Positions 18,730 through 29,866 of a stretch of DNA of 64,000 nucleotides are shown here, piece after piece. This DNA comes from Candidatus Latescibacterota bacterium (GTDB taxonomy: Bacteria; Krumholzibacteriota; Krumholzibacteriia; WVZY01; JAKEHA01): contig OY970173.1 of the NCBI GenBank assembly GCA_963707635.1, positions 1,888,001 to 1,952,000 of the forward strand. Direction: 5' to 3'. The notes below the pieces were generated by a model, which searched no databases, was not told the DNA's origin, and was given only the letters and a program-made list of their open reading frames with translations. Numbering within the stretch: position 1 is the stretch's first letter; each line of letters begins with the position of its first letter. The translations under genes were made by a program, and so were the position numbers.

Positions 18730-18750
18730 TGAGCGAAGCGATCTGCTGAT
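18711..18750 (+). repeat. 20-bp tandem duplication spanning the nuoI stop codon
   Basis: gagcgaagcgatctactgat / gagcgaagcgatctgctgat, 1 mismatch. Confidence 0.85.
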
Positions 18751-18758
18751 CGCGCGGC

Positions 18759-20171
18759 TCACGGGTCGGGCAGCAGCTTGCCGGGGTTGAGAATTCCGAC
18801 GGGGTCGAACGCGCGCTTGATCGCGCGCATGATCTCGATCTCCTGGCTCGAAAACGCAATCGGAAGATACTTCTTCTGCACGTAGCCGATGCCGTGCTCG
18901 CCCGAGATCAGCCCGCCGAGCGACACGGTGAGCTCGAACATCTCGCGGATGGCGGGCTCGAGCGCGTGGTTCCACCTCTCGTCGCTCATGTCCATCTTGA
19001 GGATATTGACGTGGAGGTTGCCGTCGCCCGCGTGCCCGTAGCACACGGTACGGATGCCGTGGCGCGCGGCGATCTCCTTGACCCCGAGCAGGAGCGGGAC
19101 CAGGCTTGCGCGCGGCACCACCGTGTCCTCCTCTTTGTAGATCGACTCCGACTTCACCGCCACGCCGATCGCGCGCCGCAGCGCCCACATTTCGTTCATG
19201 CGGGCGCCGGTGTCCGCGACGAGCACGTCGGTGGCGCCCTCGCCCAGCGCGATCTCCGCCACTCGTTCGGCTTCGCGCTGGATGACGCCCTCGTCGTTGC
19301 CGTCGAGCTCGATCATGAGCTGGGCGGCGGCGCCGGGGTTGGGAAACGCCTTCCCGAGGTGGCGCTGCGTGATTTCGATCGCGTCTCGCTCCATGAACTC
19401 GAGCGCGGATGGAATCACGCCGGCGTTCATGATCGCCGGGACCGTGCGCGCGCACGCTTCGAGCGAATCGAAGGGGACGAGAAGCATGGTGCGATGGCGC
19501 GGAATCGGGAGCAGGCGAAGGTAGATCCTGGTGATGATCGCGAGCGTCCCCTCGGAACCGACGATCAGCTGCGTGAGGTTGTAGCCGGTCACGTTCTTCA
19601 AAAGTTTCCCGCCGTGCCGGATGAAGTCGCCGTTGGGGAGCACCGCCTCGATGCCGGTGACGAAGTCGCGGGTGACGCCGTACTTGACGGCGCGGGGGCC
19701 GCCGGAGCATTCCGCCAGGTTGCCGCCGAGGAAGCAGCTCCCGCGGCTCGCGGGGTCGGGAGGGTAGAACAGGCCGACGGCCTCGACTGCCTCCTGAAAC
19801 ACCTGCGTGATCACACCGGGTTCCACCACCGCCATCAGGTTGTCCCGGTCGATCTCGACGATGCGGTCGAGCGCGCGCGTCGACAGCACGATCCCACCGT
19901 GGACGGGGAGCGCGCCGCCGGAGAGCCCGGTCCCGGCGCCGCGCGGCGTGACCGGCACGCGGTGCGCCCCCGCGATCCGCATCACGGCCGCCACGCCGCT
20001 CGCATCGGCGGGCGTGACCACGACCTCGGGAGGGAATGCGAGGTCTTCGGTCTCGTCGGAGGCGGCGTGGGCGAGCGCGTCGGCGTCGGTGTGGACGGCG
20101 GCGGCGCCGAGTGCGGCGCGAAGCGCGTCGATCACCGCCGGCGAGACGGGGTTGAAGGGTGAGGCGTTCAT
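18759..20171 (-). CDS. FAD-linked oxidase, GlcD/D-lactate dehydrogenase-like
   Basis: PRGAGTGLSGGA, YPPDPAS, GGPRAVKYGVTRD, GHAGDGNLH, SGEHGIG, DPVGILNPGK. Confidence 0.9.
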   Translation of the reverse strand: MNASPFNPVSPAVIDALRAALGAAAVHTDADALAHAASDETEDLAFPPEVVVTPADASGVAAVMRIAGAHRVPVTPRGAGTGLSGGALPVHGGIVLSTRALDRIVEIDRDNLMAVVEPGVITQVFQEAVEAVGLFYPPDPASRGSCFLGGNLAECSGGPRAVKYGVTRDFVTGIEAVLPNGDFIRHGGKLLKNVTGYNLTQLIVGSEGTLAIITRIYLRLLPIPRHRTMLLVPFDSLEACARTVPAIMNAGVIPSALEFMERDAIEITQRHLGKAFPNPGAAAQLMIELDGNDEGVIQREAERVAEIALGEGATDVLVADTGARMNEMWALRRAIGVAVKSESIYKEEDTVVPRASLVPLLLGVKEIAARHGIRTVCYGHAGDGNLHVNILKMDMSDERWNHALEPAIREMFELTVSLGGLISGEHGIGYVQKKYLPIAFSSQEIEIMRAIKRAFDPVGILNPGKLLPDP

Positions 20172-20330
20172 GGCGCAGCGCGCGCTCCCGCGCGGGAGCG
20201 AATGTAGCATCGGAGTTCCGGTGCGGCAACGTGCTTTGCAGACCGTCGGCCGGTCCTTCTTGACCCGAAATACAAAGCGCGCCCCCCGGGGCCCGGGGAG
20301 CGCGCTCCGTGCGCAATTCTGCTCGTCTCG

Positions 20331-21575
20331 CTAGCGGTAGAGGATTCGGATCACGTTGTTCTCCGTGTCCGAGATCCACACGCGCCCGCGCGCATCCACT
20401 TCGACCCCGATGGGGGCGGTGAGATTGATCTCCGCCGCGAGTTTCCCGTTCTCCGCGCGCACGTTCTCCGGCGCGAGCGGCAGGGCGTTGGGCGCGCGTA
20501 CATGGCCGGCCACGGTCGAGATGGTACCGTCCGTTGCGACCATGCGGATCACGTGATTGCCGGTGTCGGCGATGTAGACGTTGCCGTCGGCGTCCACCGC
20601 GACGTCGCGGGGCTGGCGCAACAGAGCGGACGTTGCCAGACCCCCGTCGCCGCCGAACCCGGGGGTGGTCCCCACGCCGGCGAACTGGTGGATGATTCCG
20701 TTCGTGTCGACCACGCGCACGCAATGATTCACCGTGTCGGCGATATAGAGATTCCCGTTCGCGTCATAGACGATCTTGCCACCCGGATCCGCCACCTGGC
20801 CGCGGTCGAAGCTCAACTTGGCCGCCGTCGCCGGCCCCTCGTTGCCCGAGAAGCCGGCCCCGTACTGGAGCACGCCGTTCACCAGTACCGGCGCCGTCCC
20901 CGCGATGGTGGTGATGATCCCGTTGTCGTCGATGCGGCGCACGATCATGTTGGCCTGGTCGGCGAAGACGAGCAGGCCGTTCGGATCGAAGGCCAGTCCC
21001 ACCGGCAGGTCGACGAATGCCTGCGCGGCCGGCTGGTTGTCGCCGTTGAACGAGCGGTTGCCATTGCCGCAGAAGCGGTCCATCAGCCCGGTGCCCAAAT
21101 TGAGACGGAGCAGCATCGAGTTGTGCCACGCGCACAGGATCATGTCGCCGTTGTTCGGGTCGAAGACCACGTGCGTGGGGTGGTTGAGCTTGGCGTTGGT
21201 CGCCACGATGCCGGTGCACGGCGCCGGCGCGCCCGGGCACGGGTCGCCGAAGTCGCCGTCGGCCACGCCGACCACGAGCTCGAACTCGCCGCCGGCCGTG
21301 GTCCTGATCACGCGATGATTGTTCCAGTCGAGAACGTAAGGCGTGCCGGCGGGCGAGAAGACGACGTCCAGCGGCCAGTAGAGCTGGGTCTGAGCGGGCG
21401 CTTCGCCCATCGGGCCGTATCCCGGCGCGCCGTTTCCCGCCCAGTTGTACACGTGCCCCGGTTGCGGGGTCGTGTCCTCCGGCTCGGCAGGGCTGTCGGA
21501 GGAGCCGCAGCTCGAGAGCATCATTCCTCCGACTACTGCGGCGAGGCAAAATGAACGCTTGATCCAGATGTTCAT
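20331..21575 (-). CDS. NHL-repeat beta-propeller lipoprotein
   Basis: Lipobox LSSC and repeated GNLYIADT.NH.IR motifs. Confidence 0.85.
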   Translation of the reverse strand: MNIWIKRSFCLAAVVGGMMLSSCGSSDSPAEPEDTTPQPGHVYNWAGNGAPGYGPMGEAPAQTQLYWPLDVVFSPAGTPYVLDWNNHRVIRTTAGGEFELVVGVADGDFGDPCPGAPAPCTGIVATNAKLNHPTHVVFDPNNGDMILCAWHNSMLLRLNLGTGLMDRFCGNGNRSFNGDNQPAAQAFVDLPVGLAFDPNGLLVFADQANMIVRRIDDNGIITTIAGTAPVLVNGVLQYGAGFSGNEGPATAAKLSFDRGQVADPGGKIVYDANGNLYIADTVNHCVRVVDTNGIIHQFAGVGTTPGFGGDGGLATSALLRQPRDVAVDADGNVYIADTGNHVIRMVATDGTISTVAGHVRAPNALPLAPENVRAENGKLAAEINLTAPIGVEVDARGRVWISDTENNVIRILYR

Positions 21576-21588
21576 GATCGGTTGCTCC

Positions 21589-22806
21589 TCAATCGTGCAT
21601 CTTCACACGGCGGATCCGGTGATTGTAGGTGTCGGCGATATACAGATGGCCGTCCGCGTCGAAGCCGACTCCGTACGGCCATGCGAGCTTCGCGCTGACG
21701 GCGGCGCCGCCGTCTCCGTCATAACCCTTGGTGCCGTTGCCGGCCACGGTCGTGATCGTGTTGGCGGTGAAGTCGACAGCCCGGACTCGATTATTGTACG
21801 TATCCGCGATGTAGAGTCGGCCATCGGGCCCAAAGACAATGTCGAGCGGCGAATTGAGCGACGCGAGCAACGGGTCGCCGCCGTCGCCGCCGAATGCGGC
21901 CGCGCCGTTTCCCACTACGGTCGTGATCAGGGGCGTGCCGAAGTCGACACGGCGGATACGGTTATTGTTGGTGTCGGCGATGTACAGCCGGCCCTGGCTG
22001 TCAAGCGCGACACCGCCCGCCGGAGGATTCGGATTGCCGCCGGTCGGCATGCTCAGGCGGCCGTCGGTGGGCGCTACGTTGTCGACGAACGAGCCCGGCT
22101 GCGTGTTGCACTGCGGTACAGACACCACCGTGGAAACCACCCCGGTGCTTCCGTCGATCTTGCGAATGCACTGGTTGCGCTGGTCGTTAATGTAAAGCGA
22201 GCCGTCCGGGGCCTCGACCACGTGTGCGACCTGGTTGAGCAAAGCGGTTGGCAGCGAGGCGCCGCTGCCGTCGCCGCTGCATCCAGGTCCGCGCCCCATG
22301 ATCACCATGATATTGCCCGTCGCGGGGTCCCACTCACGCAGCTTGTGATTGTGCCAGCACACGATCAGCAGCTTGCCGTTCGAGCGCTCGAATACCTGTG
22401 TCGGGTGGTTGAGGTCGCAGTCCGTCCCCGGAACTCCGGGCGCCACCAGATCCTTGCCCACGTCCGGCGGCGGGGGACCATCGCCGATGCTTGGCGTGCC
22501 CACGATGGTCTGACAGTTGCCCGGCCCGTCCACATGGCGGATGCGATGGTTGTTCCAGTCGGTGATAAAGACGCCCAGGTTCGGTGTGAACTCCACGTCG
22601 ACCGGCCAGTAGAACTGCGTATTGGTGCGCGAATGGCCGTCGCCGTTGTAGCCGGCGCGGCCGGTGCCGGCCCAGGTGGTGATCGTCCCGACCGCGTCGG
22701 TGGGCGGGTTGTCCGGGGGCGGTGGAGACGTCGAGTCGTCGGAGCAGCTGATCGCGACAGTCGCCACAACGGCGAACGCGACCACGAGTACGCGAAGAGG
22801 GCTCAT
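21589..22806 (-). CDS. NHL-repeat beta-propeller lipoprotein (paralog of the downstream gene)
   Basis: Lipobox AISC and repeated LYIADT.N.RIR motifs. Shares YWP.DV.F, DWNNHR and LNHPT with 20331-21575. Confidence 0.85.
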   Translation of the reverse strand: MSPLRVLVVAFAVVATVAISCSDDSTSPPPPDNPPTDAVGTITTWAGTGRAGYNGDGHSRTNTQFYWPVDVEFTPNLGVFITDWNNHRIRHVDGPGNCQTIVGTPSIGDGPPPPDVGKDLVAPGVPGTDCDLNHPTQVFERSNGKLLIVCWHNHKLREWDPATGNIMVIMGRGPGCSGDGSGASLPTALLNQVAHVVEAPDGSLYINDQRNQCIRKIDGSTGVVSTVVSVPQCNTQPGSFVDNVAPTDGRLSMPTGGNPNPPAGGVALDSQGRLYIADTNNNRIRRVDFGTPLITTVVGNGAAAFGGDGGDPLLASLNSPLDIVFGPDGRLYIADTYNNRVRAVDFTANTITTVAGNGTKGYDGDGGAAVSAKLAWPYGVGFDADGHLYIADTYNHRIRRVKMHD

Positions 22807-22930
22807 GGTGGTGGTGACTTCCGGGGCTAGGTGTTTGGAGATGCAGACGGCGGAACCGTCCAGCCAAGTAACCTGGAAACGGAAACGAGTTTATCACAGT
22901 TCGGGCGCTTGCGTCAACAGGCACAACCGC

Positions 22931-23323
22931 TTACGGGTTTACCTTGACCGTCCCCTTCATCCCGGACGCGAAATGAGGCCGGCAGAAGTAGGGGAAGGTT
23001 CCCGCCGAGGTAAAGCGGTACCCGAATGTTCCCGATGATTTCACCCCGGAGTCGAACAGACGGCTCGGGTCCTGTGACGGATCGGGCGTGGTGCCCTGTG
23101 TCACCGAGTGCGAACCGCCCGCCCAGCGCCACGTCACGCTGTCGCCGACCGCGATGGTGACCGAGGAGGGGGAGAAGCTGGTGTTCTGGACGGTGATGGT
23201 TCCGTTGAACGGGCCCGGAGGCTCGCCCGGACCAGTGGAGTCGCTGCCGCAGGCGGTCACAAGCCCGGCTGCGACGACGAGCGCGCACGCGAATCGGCGC
23301 GCCAGAGATGCACGAATCTGCAT
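22931..23323 (-). CDS. Plastocyanin/azurin-family cupredoxin lipoprotein
   Basis: Lipobox VTAC. Type-1 Cu ligands H (GSHSV) and YFCRPHFASGMKG. GGAGG RBS. Confidence 0.88.
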   Translation of the reverse strand: MQIRASLARRFACALVVAAGLVTACGSDSTGPGEPPGPFNGTITVQNTSFSPSSVTIAVGDSVTWRWAGGSHSVTQGTTPDPSQDPSRLFDSGVKSSGTFGYRFTSAGTFPYFCRPHFASGMKGTVKVNP

Positions 23324-23371
23324 GGGTGGTACCTCCTGGAGAACCGGTGCGGGGGGCAAGAGGGAGTATAG

Positions 23372-24445
<1,074 letters not shown>

Positions 24446-24479
24446 GCGCGGCGGCGGTTTTGAACCGGAGGTCAGGATA

Positions 24480-25241
24480 ATGAAACGCTGGTCCCTGCTG
24501 GTGGCCGTGTTCTGCCTGGGGTGTGGATCCGTGCGCGCGGTAGCCGACGGCGCCGACGCTGGCGCCGTCTCGCGCGCGGCGGCCAAGTTCTACATGACAA
24601 TAGAGACGGGTACGCCCGGCCAGGCGGACTACCGCTTCGTCTACACCGACCGCGCCGGGCACGTCCACGTCTACGCGATGAAGGACGGAGCGCTGAATCT
24701 GGCGTGGGAGGCGACCACGCTGGGCTCGCGCGCCACGGCCATGTTCGTGACCGATCTGTACGGGGACGGAAAGCTGAAGCTGGTGGTGAGCACTGTGGGC
24801 GGCCGGGTGCTGATCTGGGACTTCGCCTCCTACGAGCTGGAGTGGGAGAACCTCCAGCAGCGGTACAATCGCATCGACTACATGGAGCACGCGAATCTCG
24901 ACAACGATCGCCAGCAGGAAGTCGTCATCCTCGCCGATGACCGTGTGTTTATTTTCGACGGCTACAACCGCAACATTCAGTGGAACAGCACGACCCAGAT
25001 GATCGCGAAGTTCATGGTGATCGGCAACGTCGACGACGATGCGCAACTCGAGATCATTCTCAACACGGGTCGCATCATCGACAGCCGGTTCTACAACATC
25101 CAGTTTGAGACCGACTCGCCCTTCGGCGACCGGATGATGCTGGCCGACGTCACCGGCGACGGTTACTCGGACGTGATCGGCGAGTTCCCCGACCGGACCG
25201 TGCGCGTCTTCGACGTCTGGCGCGGGCGCGAGGTCTGGTAG
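24480..25241 (+). CDS. Secreted protein with FG-GAP/VCBS-like repeats
   Basis: Signal peptide and four Ca-binding-like loops: DLYGDGK, NLDNDRQQE, NVDDDAQLE, DVTGDGYSD. Confidence 0.6.
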   Translation: MKRWSLLVAVFCLGCGSVRAVADGADAGAVSRAAAKFYMTIETGTPGQADYRFVYTDRAGHVHVYAMKDGALNLAWEATTLGSRATAMFVTDLYGDGKLKLVVSTVGGRVLIWDFASYELEWENLQQRYNRIDYMEHANLDNDRQQEVVILADDRVFIFDGYNRNIQWNSTTQMIAKFMVIGNVDDDAQLEIILNTGRIIDSRFYNIQFETDSPFGDRMMLADVTGDGYSDVIGEFPDRTVRVFDVWRGREVW

Positions 25242-25250
25242 CGCCGGTCG

Positions 25251-25898
25251 TCACTTCCGCTTCTCGAAATCGATTCGCACCCGCGTCGACAACGTCGCGG
25301 GCCTGCCGTCCACCGAGCCGGGCAGGAACCGGATCTGGGCTGCGGCGTTGAGCGCGGAGCGCAGACAATCTGCCGGGAAATCCCGATCGACCGGCTTCAC
25401 CTCGAGGACGGTGCCGTCCTCACCCACGCGAATATCCACGTCCACGTGGCGACCGATACACTGCTTCAAGCGGCTGGTCTCCGGCCACGTCATCTCGACC
25501 GGGCGCGGCAGGATGACGCGGTTGGCAGTCGCCGGCGCGCGGGTCGCTGCCGGGGCACCCGCCAGGTCGAGGGAGTCGAGTCCGCCGTCGTCGCCGCCTC
25601 CCGGCGAATTCGTAACCGTGGTTTCCGCGGCGGCCGGCGGGACGGCCGGGGGTGGGAGCGGTTCGTCGGGGATCGGTGTCACGTCGATCGGCCGCAACCG
25701 GTTTTCGACGTCGACCTGGATGGCGATGACCGCATCCGGCACCGTCGCGACGCCGAGGGGCGGCTGTGCGGGCGGTGATTCCGCCTCGTGCGGGTGAACT
25801 CCAAACAGAGACGGTCGCACGGTCGCGAGTGCCAGCAGGAGCAGCACGACGGCGCCTGCGAGCATGACTCGCGCGCGGGTTTTGGTGGTGCGGCTCAC
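25251..25898 (-). CDS. TonB-family energy transducer
   Basis: N-terminal TM, a Pro-rich linker, and a TonB_C-like end (VDIRVGEDGTV...SALNAAAQIRFLPG..DGRP). Confidence 0.75.
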   Translation of the reverse strand: MSRTTKTRARVMLAGAVVLLLLALATVRPSLFGVHPHEAESPPAQPPLGVATVPDAVIAIQVDVENRLRPIDVTPIPDEPLPPPAVPPAAAETTVTNSPGGGDDGGLDSLDLAGAPAATRAPATANRVILPRPVEMTWPETSRLKQCIGRHVDVDIRVGEDGTVLEVKPVDRDFPADCLRSALNAAAQIRFLPGSVDGRPATLSTRVRIDFEKRK

Positions 25899-25963
25899 GC
25901 GTGGACCCCGCGGGTGATGGTGCCCGGGACGCGTGTATGGTATCGTGCCCGACGGAGCAAGCC

Positions 25964-26590
25964 GTGCATCAACGCCTCACGCTTCCGAACATACTCACCG
26001 TCGCCAGGATCGGGATGGCTGGAATCGCCGGGTGTCTGGCGGTGGTGGCGCGCGCCGACGCGGCGGCCGTCGCCGTGCTCATCGCGGCCGCGTTGCTCGA
26101 TGCCTTCGACGGCTGGTACGCGCGGACGTTCTCGCAGTGTTCGGCGCTGGGAACACACCTCGACCCGTTTGCGGACAAGTTGCTGATGGGGGTCGTCTAC
26201 GCGTGGATCGGAGTCGACGCGGGTTCGACGCTGGTGTGGACGTTGATCGCACTCGCCGGCGCGCGCGAGGTCGCCATCACCGCGCTTCGTTCCTACAGCC
26301 TGCGGCGCCACGGGCGTTTCATCCCCGCCAGCCGGCTGGGTCGCGCCAAGATGCTCGCGCAGAGCGTGGCCGGGCTCACTATCCTGTCGGTGTCGCACTT
26401 CCTCGGGCGCTCCGTTCCGACCGGGATCGTCGCTGCCGCGGTGCTGGCCACTCTGGCGGTTTCGTATGCCGGGGGCATTGCGTATGTGGTGGAGTGGCGG
26501 CGTGGGGGGCCCGTAGACGGGCACGAAGGCAAAGGGGCCTGCCGCCGACCAGAAGCAGACCCACTTTGCGCTACCCACATCCATGGTTAG
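25964..26590 (+). CDS. CDP-alcohol phosphatidyltransferase (PgsA-like)
   Basis: TLPNILTVAR, and DAFDGWYAR...LGTHLDPFADK (DGxxAR...G...D..D motif). Confidence 0.88.
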   Translation: MHQRLTLPNILTVARIGMAGIAGCLAVVARADAAAVAVLIAAALLDAFDGWYARTFSQCSALGTHLDPFADKLLMGVVYAWIGVDAGSTLVWTLIALAGAREVAITALRSYSLRRHGRFIPASRLGRAKMLAQSVAGLTILSVSHFLGRSVPTGIVAAAVLATLAVSYAGGIAYVVEWRRGGPVDGHEGKGACRRPEADPLCATHIHG

Positions 26591-26663
26591 GCTGGTAGCA
26601 CACCAAAGGTAGGCGAGGCCTTCGCGATTGTCAAGGCAGCCGCCCGACGCTATCTTCCGAGTA

Positions 26664-27014
26664 GTGCTCACCGATCGGCTGAAACAGTTCATCGTGCTTG
26701 TGGTTTGTGCCGCGCTGGTCGCGGCCGGATTCCCGCATGGCCCGGCGCGCGCGGCGGGCTCGGCGAGTCCCGGGAACGAATACCTGCTGCGCGACGCGCT
26801 CCCCGCCGTCGCCCACGCGTCGGAGCCGCCGGATTCCAGCGAAGACGAGTTCTTCCTCCCCAAGGAAACGGACAACAAGAAACTCATCCGCGACATCACC
26901 GTGTTCGTCATCGTCTCGGCATTCGTCGCGTTCTTCATCATCAAGGTATTCATCGAGAAGGACGAAGACCCCCCGCCGCCGGATAACAACGGCAAGCCGC
27001 TCCCGCCGTACTGA
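26664..27014 (+). CDS. Hypothetical small membrane/secreted protein
   Basis: Signal-like N-terminus, one TM and an acidic/Pro-rich tail, with typical codon usage. Start uncertain. Confidence 0.55.
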   Translation: MLTDRLKQFIVLVVCAALVAAGFPHGPARAAGSASPGNEYLLRDALPAVAHASEPPDSSEDEFFLPKETDNKKLIRDITVFVIVSAFVAFFIIKVFIEKDEDPPPPDNNGKPLPPY

Positions 27015-29070
27015 TCAGCGCTCGCTCACGTCGGGTGAAGGCTCGCGGATCAGCGGGGTGTGGGCGACCGCGCGGTTTCCGCTGTGCAGATCCGTGACCT
27101 CCACCACCAGGCGATAGCCCCCCGGCCGCAGCGCGTCGATGTCCACCGCCACGCTCTCGCTGTCGATGTGCGTGTGCCCCTCGCGGCGGAATGTCTGTGC
27201 CACCGCCGGCTCGCCCTCCACCAACCCCACGGCCTCTGCGGCCCGACGACCCCAGTCCAGCCACGACGAAGACTCGTCGTCGGGCGCGGGATAGATGGCG
27301 ATGCGCACCTCGTACGCGGAGACTCCTGCCGCCACGTCCAGGTTGTACGCTTCGAGGTAGAGGTTTACCGGTTGCCCCGCCGCATAGCGGTGATTGACGC
27401 GCGGGCGCATGCGCGTGCCGCCGCGGTCGATCGTGCTGCGGGCGGAGCCGTCCGGCAGCGGCGCCCCCGGGTCGAAGAGCAGAATATCGCTTAAAGAGAG
27501 ATCGTCGCGGGCGAAACGGGCGGCGTCCGCGTCCTCGCGCGCAACCGCGCGCACCAGGGCGGCCTGGTCCTCGAACGCGAACGCGACGTGGTAGCGACCG
27601 AAGGGGACCGACAGCCGGCACACCCGTTCCAGCACCTGGCGGTCCCCGAGCCGACGCTCGCTCGCGCTCGACGCCCACGACGTGTCTGTCACGCCCCCTT
27701 CGCGGTTCCACGCCGCGTCGAAGTAGGCGCACCGCGTCACCAGATAATCGACGCGGGAGAGGTCCACCGCCGCGCGCAGGCTGTCCGCGTCGACGTGCGC
27801 GGCCACGTAGATCGAGCCCGACATGTCGTCGTCGCGGAACACGATGACGTCCGCGGATGCGGGGAGCGGCACCACGCTCGGCTCCACGGTCGATACCGCC
27901 GGACTGTGGCGCACGAAACTCAGGAGGAAATCGAGCAGGTATGGGATGCGCGGGTTGCCGTTGAGAAACTCGTCCACGAACATGAACTGGTGGAACACGC
28001 CACCCAGCACGTAGGACCAGGTCTCGATCACGCCGTCGAACATGTTGTCGCCCAGCGTATAGTCGGTCGTCAGCGGCCGTCCGAACTTGACGAACACCTC
28101 GCCCCGGTCGGTGTCCCAGCCTCGTTGCCTGCCGGCGGGGTGCGAGAAGCGCACGTCGGCGAGAAACATCCGGCGCGCGTGCTCCAGCGCGAGTTCGTTC
28201 ACCGGGGTGGTCGGGTCGGGATCCGCGCCCAGCCAGTACCCGCGTTCCATGGTCGCGCGGGCGTCGGCGATCGCGCCGTCGTAGCGGTCGCGTTCACCCG
28301 CCGGCAGGACCGGCGCCAGCGTCGCGAAGGCGTCGCGCTCCCCGGGGCCGGCCACCTCGAGGCCGCGGGCAAAGCGCTGCGCGCATTCCGGATAGCGGCC
28401 CGCGTCGAAGTCGAGCAGGCCGCGGAGCATGTACAGTTCGAAGCGGTCCGGGTGCCGCGCGAGCTGCTGGTCGCACTCGGTGCTGGAGGTGTCGCCGAGG
28501 ATGTAGCTCGCGTAGAGGTACATCAGGGCCGCGTCCACGTTGGCCGGGTCGCAATCGACGACCGCGCGCAGTTCTCTCCGCGCCGCCGCCAGGTCGTCCA
28601 GATATTCGTTCAGACCGCTTCCAGTTCAGGTAGTAGTACGAGCCGACCATGAAACGCGCGTCGCAATCCTTCGGATTCCGGGCGAGGACCGCGCGGAAGC
28701 AGGTGAGACCGTCGGGGTAGAAGCCCTGCGCGAAGTACGTGCGTCCCAATTCGAGCAGGACGGTGGGATCATTACCGAAACGGGCGCGCGCGGCTTCGAG
28801 CACGCGCTGGGATCGCAACCGCGCCTCGATGGTCCCGCGTTCGCGCCACAACCGCCCCAGCAGGACATGGGCGCGCGGGTCCGGTTGATCGTCGAGGTGG
28901 GAGTGTTCGAGCAGCCGGATGGCCGAGAGGGTATCGCCCTGCGCCAGGCAGTGCTCGGCGTCGTGGACGGCGCGCGAGTCGTGCGACGAGGCGCACGCGG
29001 CGATCCCGCGGCCGGCGCCGGCGGCCAGCAGCACCGTGACCATCATGGCCGCATGAAACCGTGTCTGCAT
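27015..29070 (-). pseudogene. TPR + GWxTD domain protein, interrupted by a frameshift near 28614
   Basis: The N part (MQTRFHAA..., TPRs, ...YYLNWKR) continues in another frame as LNEYLDDLAAARRELRAVVDCDPANVDAAL... with RGWDTDRGEVFVKFG. There is one extra base in aagcggTctgaac. Confidence 0.75.
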
Positions 29071-29209
29071 GCCTCGTGGTTCGCCGGGTGGGCGGCTGCC
29101 TCCGCCTCCAAATATACGCGGGTATCGGGCGATCGAGAAGTCCGGATGCAAAACGGCGCGAGAAAGCACATGGCTCTCTCGCGCCGCTCGTGCCGGGGCC
29201 CTGGCCCGT

Positions 29210-29587
29210 CTAGAGATTCAGCGGCAGCCCGATAGGCTCGTCCTTGCCCTGGAAGGCAAGCGTCAGCGCGGCGGACGGTTCCGTCGTCAGCAGCCTGAAC
29301 TCCAGCGAGTGGCCCGATTTCACCGGGTTGTCGCCGGTGCGGAACAGCACGCGGTTGCCGGACGCGACGCCCACCCAACCCTTCGGGGCGCGGATGTCGT
29401 CGAGATTCGCGCCGGACATCCAGACGGCGAATACCTCGTCGCCCGCCGACGAAACGGTCACGGCGAGGATCGAAATGCCGTCCGCTTCACCGAGGACGGC
29501 CTTGGTCGCCGACGGACCTTCCGCGAAAGCGGGGACGGCGACGATCGCCGCAACCATGAGAAGTGAGAGAAAGAAAAACCGCTTCAT
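29210..29587 (-). CDS. Hypothetical secreted protein
   Basis: MKRFFFLSLLMVAAIVAVPAFA signal peptide, AAGGAG RBS and a beta-rich mature part. Confidence 0.75.
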   Translation of the reverse strand: MKRFFFLSLLMVAAIVAVPAFAEGPSATKAVLGEADGISILAVTVSSAGDEVFAVWMSGANLDDIRAPKGWVGVASGNRVLFRTGDNPVKSGHSLEFRLLTTEPSAALTLAFQGKDEPIGLPLNL

Positions 29588-29866
29588 TGTCGATCGAACT
29601 CCTTGCGATGCGATACCTGTGGGTGCAACTACGGTCGATGGATCGATCACGCGACGAGTCACACCCGGATCCACCCGGGGCTGCCCCGGGCGGGTGAGCG
29701 TTCCTCGTAGTTCATTTAGTGGAGTTATTCTACCACGAAACGCCCGGTGGTGTCGAGGTGCGTGGCGTCGGTACGCGATAAAACCGGGTAGGCCTATTTG
29801 CTTGTGGGGGAGCGACCGGGCCGCTATCATCGCGCGTCTCACCTCCCCTACTGGAAAGCGAGCACC

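Noticed and set aside
20331..22806. Repetitive DNA in the NHL genes as a possible CRISPR or repeat array
   Set aside because: The repeats are degenerate protein-level propeller blades with no identical repeat-spacer pattern.
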